From Octopus bimaculoides (lineage: Eukaryota), in NCBI RefSeq assembly GCF_001194135.2, contig NC_068992.1:13634161-13697534 (forward strand): a stretch of 63,374 nt of DNA, given 5' to 3'. Position 1 is the stretch's first letter; every line of letters starts with the position of its first letter. This document shows, piece by piece, positions 54,486 to 63,374 of this stretch. The translations under genes were made by a program, and so were the position numbers. The notes beneath the pieces are model-generated. The model did not search any database. It saw nothing but the letters and a program-made list of their open reading frames with translations, and was not told the DNA's origin.

Positions 54486-57104
54486 GGTTATATTCACATA
54501 GGGCAATATCTAAAATACACACAGAAAAAATCATACAAACAACTGAAGGAATTTAATTTACACGATGGTGTGTATAAATGAAAAGCAGAATACATACATT
54601 ATACATATTTCGAATGAATAGAGCCAAAACGTCAAGTACAGGTCACTCCTGCTCTCATAATTTGTCGAAGAACAATGAGAAGATATAAATTTAAAACCCC
54701 ATGATAATTGGTTTTCGATTATCTCACCTTAAAGAAAAAAAACCTAATATAAGAACTGCTTTAAAAAAAATGACTTTGATTATTCACAATGTTTTTCATA
54801 TCATAAATAAACACATTAATATAAAATGTGTGAATTAGATATAAACTTTATATTCTCGTATATTTCAATTCCTTTATATTTTATTCATGCTAACGTTTGT
54901 TTTTAATTTCAAATTCTTTTTCTTTGTTAAATGAACCTTTCTGTCTATACAATCCTATATGTATAAACGTTTTTAACACTCGCTTATTTATATACCTCTT
55001 CTATATCTTTTTTAAATACTGCTTATGGTTTACTATTTTCACAACATGTATTAACTGTGATGGTACTGGAATAGAGCTTACTAACATTCCCACAAATCCG
55101 AGCCTCTATCCCTCTCAATTGTCACTTTTTTGTTACGAACAATGTTCCTTAAAACATTCATTTGTGATATAATCCTATTCTGGTATCTGTCTTTCTTTCT
55201 CTACAGTGACAGTCCATATAGGGCAAGCAAATAATGCACGTAAGAGACTTAATTTTCATAGAGATTCAAACGATATAGTCAGACAAGTCGACACAGATTC
55301 CGGTAAGTTAAAGAACAACACTTAATAAGTAATACCAATGATAATAATTCATCAAATACGTTTGTATAAGAAAAGACATTCTAGATGATACATTGTTTGA
55401 AATACCTCGATACAAATGAGAATCATAAATCATGAAAACCTAAAACCTTTGCAACAGTCGCGCGGTCACCGAATATAGTAACGAAAATCAAATAAATATC
55501 ATAAGTTAAGAAAAGTAAAATATATTATAGAGAAACTATGAGACACTTATCTTCCAAAACATATTGTATGCTTCCATTAGGTCTTTAAGATACAGTATAC
55601 ACACACTTCACTATATCTAGAAACGCATCATATATGTGCTGCTTACTCTATGTAGAAGCAACTTGCCTAACACACTTTTAGCTACTATTAAAGTGATAAT
55701 ACATCGCAGAGGGGCGAATCAGTACGGTATCTAGCCGCATTTTGTCATGCAGATGATTTTAACTCGTACCACTTTTCTTCTATTATCATGATGTCTATGA
55801 AAACAGGCTCGTATTATTTCATTACAACATTTTAACTATAACTATTTCGTCTGATGTATTCTGTAAATTAAAACATATAATTTCATAAAATTATCAAAGA
55901 TCTATTTAATTACTTCTGTATGATCAAATGAAACTGGAATACACAGCATCAACTTAGACCAGAAACTTGCAATAAATAAACCGGATAACATTCTGACTCA
56001 TGAGCAGACGACAAATTTATTTGTGCTGAAATCACCCAATGACAAAATGACCGTTGGGAAATTGACGGTACTCGTAGGCCCAATACTTCGTCGAAAAGAA
56101 ATGAAGCGTTTTCATACTGCATTTCATGAGTCTGTGGCATTGGTGTATAAGTCTTGTGTTAAAGAAGGTTTTCTTAACTTAGCTGTGCTATGATTGGATT
56201 ACTAACAATTTTTCTGTCACACGTTTAAAACAGACACTGAAATAGTTTAGGTATGTGGATTACAGAAAAATTAATCAAGTGTGTCCAAAATAGGATTAAA
56301 AGCTCAAGGGGCTATCCATGACTTATCTTAAAATGGAAGAAACACATTTGGGGGGTTTATTGAATTTTAGGTGAGCCGATATCGAAGATAGCTGTCCGCC
56401 TTTGAAGAGAATAACTCAGAGCCATAATCAAGAAATCCTTTCAACGGTAGCTAAACATATCTGTGATATGTAACCATGAAGCGATTGCTAAAAAGCAATC
56501 CACCTATAACGATCCAATCTTTTAAAAACATAAAGTAGAGCTACGATTTCCTTTAATACTGCATATTCGGCTGTTATCGTTTGCTTGTTTCTCTGCAGCA
56601 TAGATTGCTCCTTCAACCACACACATTAAAGGTGTGTTATTATTGAATTATTATTGATGTTTATGCAACGAGTAATGGACGTTCAGTAAGTTCTCATNNN
56701 NNNNNNNNNNNNNNNNNNNNNNNNNNNNNNNNNNNNNNNNNNNNNNNNNNNNNNNNNNNNNNNNNNNNNNNNNNNNNNNNNNNNNNNNNNNNNNNNNNNN
56801 NNNNNNNNNNNNNNNNNNNNNNNNNNNNNNNNNNNNNNNNNNNNNNNNNNNNNNNNNNNNNNNNNNNNNNNNNNNNNNNNNNNNNNNNNNNNNNNNNNNN
56901 NNNNNNNNNNNNNNNNNNNNNNNNNNNNNNNNNNNNNNNNNNNNNNNNNNNNNNNNNNNNNNNNNNNNNNNNNNNNNNNNNNNNNNNNNNNNNNNNNNNN
57001 NNNNNNNNNNNNNNNNNNNNNNNNNNNNNNNNNNNNNNNNNNNNNNNNNNNNNNNNNNNNNNNNNNNNNNNNNNNNNNNNNNNNNNNNNNNNNNNNNNNN
57101 NNNN

Positions 57105-57139
57105 AATAATTACAACAATAATAATAATAATAATAATAA

Positions 57140-57170
<31 letters not shown>

Positions 57171-57386
57171 AAGAAGAAGAAGAAGAAGAAGAAGAAGAAG
57201 AAGGAGGAGAAGAAGAAGAAGAAGAAGAATAACAACAATAACAATGATAATAATAATAGTAATAATAATTATGATGATGATGATGATAATAATAATTATT
57301 ATTATTATTATTATTATTAGTGTTATTATGATTATAATAATGATGATGATGATGATGATGATGATGATAATAACAATAAAAAAATA

Positions 57387-57462
<76 letters not shown>

Positions 57463-57463
57463 T

Positions 57464-57492
<29 letters not shown>
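57105..57492. repeat. Compound trinucleotide array (AAT)n, (AAG)n, (GAT)n, (TTA)n
   Basis: Directly visible, adjacent to an assembly gap. Confidence 0.97.
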
Positions 57493-57494
<2 letters not shown>

Positions 57495-57835
57495 AAACTA
57501 TTATCAGAAATATATGACTATGTGCATATGTGTCTATAAATAATAAATGTATGGATATGCATATATACACACACATACATATATACATATATATGTTTGT
57601 ATATTTATATTGCATGTATAAATGTATATTAACACACTTTGGAGGAAAGAGTTAGATAAAATTGAATGGCTGAGAGATACACATATGGACAGGTACATTA
57701 CAATTTACATAAATAAACTAATAGGCAATGGGGGATCGATATGTATTCTGCAATTGCTTTCTATACATTCTCACACACGTATATATATATACACACACAC
57801 ATACCCATATGTATATAGTGATTTATGCCTATCTA

Positions 57836-57877
<42 letters not shown>

Positions 57878-58509
57878 GTTGCCTTATTTACTGGTTTGTA
57901 CGCCTTATATGTATTTAATAGGGAATTTGGGCATTTTTACGACTTACATTATAGGATTGATTGACACCGATGAGTTATCCTTTTTTTGCTATGACAAATG
58001 GGAAGAATTATCAAATTGACTTTTACGCAGAAGGAAGTAAAACATTAAATAAAAACGCATTTCTACCGACCATGATGCATTTTCAATTGTTTTTAGTATT
58101 CTGTTTTTGCCTTTCTTTTTTGTTATTTCACTTTTGTTACTGTTATAGCGTTTTGTATTTATATGTATGCTGCATATTATTACAACGCTTTTATTCTATG
58201 AATCAAAGGCAATAAAAAAAAGAAGTATTGCTCCATCGGTGCATATAAACCAAAACAAAAAAATAATGTTCAGAAATGATACATTTTGCGAAGCATTTCA
58301 ATAAATAAATATAGCGGAAATAACAATTTCGATTTCTGAAAATGCTAGCTGCTGGTAATACTGGTGAAGAGGAGGAAAATAGTTGGAGGATACCGATGAT
58401 GGTGACGGTAAGGATTAATATAATTTGTAATAAATGCAAGGAAAACAAATAGGGAAAAGAAGACAAACGAAGATAAGGAGACGAAAATGAAGAAGAAATA
58501 ACAGATATC

Positions 58510-58575
58510 TGCGTATGGATAGTAAGCTTGCTTCCCTACAAGCAGCTTCTGCATTCGATCCTAGGGCGCAACAAT
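58510..58575 (+). mobile_element. SINE family B head remnant
   Basis: TAAGCTTGCTTCCC..ATTCGATCC resembles the family B head. Confidence 0.35.
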
Positions 58576-60917
58576 TGATATAATTGTACTCTGCAGTAAA
58601 TTATATAGTAAAATGTGTTATGCATGGAATGTGGTCTACATTCGCTGAAACATTCATGCATACATACACAACTCCTTATATATATATATATATATAACTT
58701 TCTTTTTCATAATGAGATAAAAAACCAAGGCTGTGAAGATTTTAGAACATTTATAAACCGAAGGTCTTACAGCTGTTTCCAGGATAGTTATTATATCCCT
58801 TATTATTATTCCTGTCTCTCAAATTTCTCTTTGTGCAATATGTAACTTAATGTTAAATACTTCTACGATATAATTTTAAGTAACACCTTTAGCAGGCGTA
58901 AAAAATGTGTCCTAATTTAGGCAATGTTAGCTGGTAAATTTAGTACTAAGATATATAAGTTTTGTAAAACAACTTATATGATGGGGAACGTGAGAGATAC
59001 GTGAAGCTAACCCGAAGTTCTGTCTAAAACTATAGAAATTAATATAGATTCGATGTGTAGATAGTATGTAATAAGAATTATTGAAACTCCTCATACTTTT
59101 ATGCAATCATTATCATTTTCAAAATAGTGAAAAAATTAGATATCTTAGATTTCAACATTATCTTTAATAAAGTGCTACGTTAAATATACCCGTATTCTGG
59201 TATTTAGGCCCGGTTACAGAAAATAAACAATGGCACGGACTAATAGTGAACTATCAGATATAGGTTGTTCAGTGGTCAGCCATAAGCATTGTGAAGTAAT
59301 TTATCAAATTCATTAGATTAAATGTTTTTGCTTCGAGCATGAGACAAAGAAAGGATATAAAATTCTAAAATACTCATAAAATTTATGTAAATATCAAAGT
59401 TTTCGTCAAAATTCTATTGTCGTGTAACCATTTAAAAAGAAATAACGAACTGTCTGCTATTCATGTCCGTGTATTGCATGGTATATAAGCAGAGTGTGTT
59501 TCTTTCTGATGCTTGTGGATTTGAGGTAGAGGATTAAAATCTGAAATTGCAAGTCAATTCCAAAAACCACACTAAAATGTCTGCAATACACATCAAATCA
59601 GAAAGATGAATGGCGCAGTCTAATGTCTTTTTCGATGTATGAGAATTTTCTCGTTCTTCCAACTATAAAGCAGCTCCAAATTCTATTTAATGTCATCAGA
59701 TTAACTAATTCGACAGGCAACTAATGCAAAATGCAGGATTTAGACAGCTATTACACACATTCTGCCTTTGAAAAGTGAAATTAAAGTGCGATAAAGAGTA
59801 TAAAATGGATTTCTTTGATTTTTATTCTACGTTAGTGAAATGTATTATTTTCTTTATTATAGCTTGCAATGCCCATAAACTCGCTACTATGCTACTATGC
59901 ATATACAATACTGAATATCCACAGGTGCATATTTAAACGTGCATATATTGTGCGGTCTCTGTGGATAATTTGTTATGATAGAAGATCTAAAGTTTTATAT
60001 CTGGCAATCTAAATTTGTTCAAAAACGTGGTAAACAGGCAGAGCTTTTAAACACTACGAATGCAAAACCACAGACATTAAGTCCACATAGGAATGTGAAT
60101 TATTTTAAACGACGCAACTGTAAGTTGTTGAATGGACGATTAAATTCTTCGTAATTCGATTGAAATCAAACTGTATTTTCTTTCTGAAGAATCTATTGAT
60201 GTGTTTTTAGAAGGGAGTGAAATATAATGTGAGAACAAAAATATTTAATTCAAAAAATAAAAATATACATTATCTCGATTTATTCATGAAATTCCGAAAA
60301 GTTAATTTATGCATTTGTTTGAATTTTATACCGCATAGAATAGCTTACTAGTAATAGGGTTCGTCTTTGAAAACTGGATTCGAAAATAAAACAAAAAAGA
60401 TATAGATCATTTTAAATGAGAAACCAAATAAATATCATTCTAGAGACTTACAATCTGCTTGCTTGTGCAAGTGGTGGCAGGCGAGAGCCCTGCATACCTG
60501 ACACTAATATATTTCAGGGTTCGTCAGGACAGAATGCCCACCATTTCTGGGCCTTTCTCTCGACTGCTTTATAACGCATGAACCTCTATCTGTTGTGAGA
60601 TCTCAAGCATCCGATCTTAATTCCTTCAGTCATAAATCATTTCACCGCAGTTATTTTGTTTGTGTATTTGGTATCTCATTTTTGAGAACTCTTTCCAACA
60701 TTTTGCGATCTCTATTCAGTAAAATAACTTAAATTATAAATGTTCTCTCGTGAATCAGGATGTATCCAATATGATACGAATTTGAATGGGTTACTTGAAA
60801 TTCTATGGAATGGAATGTTTGAAATTCTATAGTATGTCAGCACTGGAAACAAAGTACCTACAATTCGCCATACACTATCAACGAAGTAAATGTTATATAT
60901 ATAAACGTAAACCATCT

Positions 60918-61121
60918 CCGGAACTTTCCAGAGGATCTTCGGAACTCTCCAGTAAGTCCTCGGAAGTTTACAGGAAGTCCCACCCTCGGAACGTTGCAGG
61001 ACGTAGGTCATTATCGGATCTCTCAAGTAAATCATCGGAAATTTGCAGGAAGTGTCCTCCTCGGAACTTTCTAGGAAGTAGCCCATCGCCCGATCTTTCC
61101 AGGAAGCCCTCGAATCTTTCC
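60918..61121. repeat. Degenerate minisatellite with a 75-bp higher-order unit
   Basis: TCGGAA-type subunit starts at 60918, 60939, 60960, 60986, 61014, 61035, 61061, 61089 and 61110. Spacings are 21, 21, 26, 28, 21, 26, 28, 21. Confidence 0.85.
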
Positions 61122-61994
61122 ATATATGTGTGTGTGTGTGTGTGTGTGCGCGAAGAAGTATTTATCTATGTATCTATTTATGCAACAGTGCTTGTATAAG
61201 CCAATAGTAAAAGTGTCTTCTCTTAAATATCATCTTATTTATAAATACAGAGTAAACTTTAGTTTCACTTACCATTTATTTCTAAATAAAGCGTTCTCAC
61301 TATTTCAAAAGAGTCCTCGTAGATCTGCAACGAGGAGTTGATTCATTTCCATTTATTTGTGAAAAATCAGTTACTGTCGTTTTTTACAAGATGCAGGTGT
61401 TTCATATTTGTGTTCACTTATTCCTTGTTACGCTGACCTCCTGTTGCTCTGTTACATTATGGACGCTTTAACATTTCACTTCTACCGCGTTATTGACATT
61501 TACAATCTATTCTTTGTATTCTCTTCTCGTGTGTATTATAAATCTATTTTGAACAGTTCCTGTGAAGTATTGTGAGATTGCACATTAAATAAAAACTTGA
61601 TGAGATCGAAACGATGGGATATCAAATACAACACGACCTACATTTAATGTTTTAATTTTTATTTCGTTATCTCGAGGATCCCACCTTCCTCAGATCACGT
61701 GATGAAATAAATGACATCGTTCTTTAGATATTTTCGAGGGGATAATAACAGATAAACTGGTGTTGGTATAATTGCTATTCTGCTTCCTAAAGGTGTTTTA
61801 CGCCTGTTTAAATCCGGTTTTAGCTTGGTAATATAGATAGCTTTCTTGATTCGAAAATTGCCTGCCTTGCGTTCATTGAGGCACATGCATACTGTAAATT
61901 TTTGTATCTGTCACTTTTGCAGGGGTTTATGTACTGAGGTATTTGTGGACAATTGTTGCTTCGACACAGATGTACCACATTTTCATATATATAT

Positions 61995-62025
<31 letters not shown>

Positions 62026-62299
62026 AGGTTTAAAAGGAACACACGATTTGATATGTAGAAGCAAAATAAATGTAGAAACTATAAAATAACTTTATCACGA
62101 AGAACATGTTAGTAACGGTTTCAGTCTTTGCTACTTTTTCAACTTAGAGTAAAGCATGAAAAACAATTAAATTGTGGAAAGTCTACGTCAATGGCTGGTC
62201 CTACTTAGATCCCAGATCAAAATGCGGAAATTTAGAAAAATAGAATTCAGCCAACAGATCGACATTTGCACCCAACAAACAACCCAGCTTCAGAATTTT

Positions 62300-62620
62300 T
62301 CCCTATTATAAATTCAGGGACAATGCAACCTGTAGTCAGCGCAGTAGTAAAGAGTTATATTTTATCACAAACTATACACCCCTTTTGAATGCGTCCAGCA
62401 CAAATGACACTATCACAAGGGTCTTAGAATAATACCCACACAAATATTAGAAACGATATATTCAGAACAGCCACTACCCATGAGTTTATTCAGAACAATT
62501 CCAATCACTAGTGCTACAATGACAACAGGACAGTTTTAGGTTACTTGACCATTTAAGAGGATTCCACAGTTTAGCCCTCATCCAGCACTAAGCAACATCT
62601 GTGGCCCGGTTTCTGGGTTA
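62300..62620 (+). mobile_element. Possible Ty3/Gypsy integrase relic, highly decayed
   Basis: Scattered peptides TITRVLE, SEQFQSLV, SPHPALSN and VARF appear in the order expected for an integrase core. Many stops and frameshifts. Confidence 0.3.
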
Positions 62621-63374
62621 TTGTATTTCATCAACACAACGTAGCGGCTTTGCTACGTGGCGCTGGTATACAACAGTAACAATTCTCCCTTCTAGGACAG
62701 CCACATTATGTTGGCAAATAGTCTTTACTTTAAAAAAACTGTTACTGGATATCTGTCTTTGAGAGATTTAGGAATTATCATGTTTCTATATATATATATG
62801 TGTGTGTGTATGTGTGTCTGTTTGTGAGTGAGTGCGTGTGTGTGTGTTCGAGTGTGTGTATATATGTATATATATATATATATACATATGTGTGTGTGTA
62901 TGTATGTATATATACGCATGTATATTTGTGTATTGATGCATGTATATGCGTATACAAACATACCGATGAACATACAAATATATACAGAGAAAACGAAATT
63001 ATATTAGAAGAACACGCACCTGCATCCACACCTGCACCGGCGCGCGAGCAGACGCAAAAACACACAAATGCACACCTCATATATGATTATACATGCAATA
63101 TTGATAATATTACTTTACTAAGTATAGCTATATAGCTGAAGTAAATATGTATAATCACATATTATTATATATCTGGTATTTTTAATAAAATACAACACAG
63201 AATTCTCATAACTGATGTACTGCTGATCTTAGAACTTCGTATTCGGTTTTAGAGATTACATACTTATATATTATCAGAAGATCATGACTAGAGATTTGTA
63301 TATTCTTTTACTTCTATATAATTAAGGAAACGGTCTGTCATACATGAAGTGTTACGTAGTGCTATTCTAATATT

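Larger units (their letters stand above)
14756..57104. other. Assembly gaps (N-runs)
   Basis: Approximately 14756-15297, 24959-25483, 26054-26265, 28277-28286, 30010-30039, 33317-33963, 38291-38389, 39512-39684, 49084-49614 and 56698-57104 (plus 462-471). Most are flanked by microsatellites. Confidence 0.98.

Noticed and set aside
60490-60540. Minus-strand CTGACGA..GAAA..GTC, a second hammerhead candidate (also 18208 CTGACGAGGGAAAC)
   Set aside because: Helices I and II cannot form.
60918-61121. CRISPR-like regular repeats
   Set aside because: The repeats are degenerate, have no unique spacers or cas genes, and lie in a eukaryotic context.

Overview
AT-rich, microsatellite-dense animal genomic DNA with 11 N-gaps. 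The repeat families resemble those of octopus (inference from recalled SINE sequences; no database search was run). I recognise no intact host protein-coding gene, tRNA, rRNA or CRISPR array. Nearly all ORF-track entries are artefacts of N-runs or simple repeats, so the window is most likely intergenic or intronic. It is a transposon graveyard containing: (i) about 20 copies of three tRNA-derived SINE families; (ii) three decayed R4/Dong-type RLE non-LTR retrotransposon pieces in (TAA)n arrays (39.2-41.5 kb); (iii) an internally deleted Chapaev3-like DNA transposon (45.1-46.9 kb); (iv) an RTE LINE 3' fragment and a possible solo LTR; and (v) a mosaic Penelope-like element locus (52.6-54.4 kb). 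The Penelope-like locus carries a minimal type I hammerhead ribozyme motif at 54283-54330, oriented opposite to the neighbouring RT fragment; this is the best functional-RNA candidate. Other unexplained structures are a 75-bp higher-order minisatellite (60918-61121), a perfect 19-bp hairpin (46459-46500) and GNN-periodic low-complexity tracts. I cannot support a claim of a wholly new system; the leads are ranked in findings.
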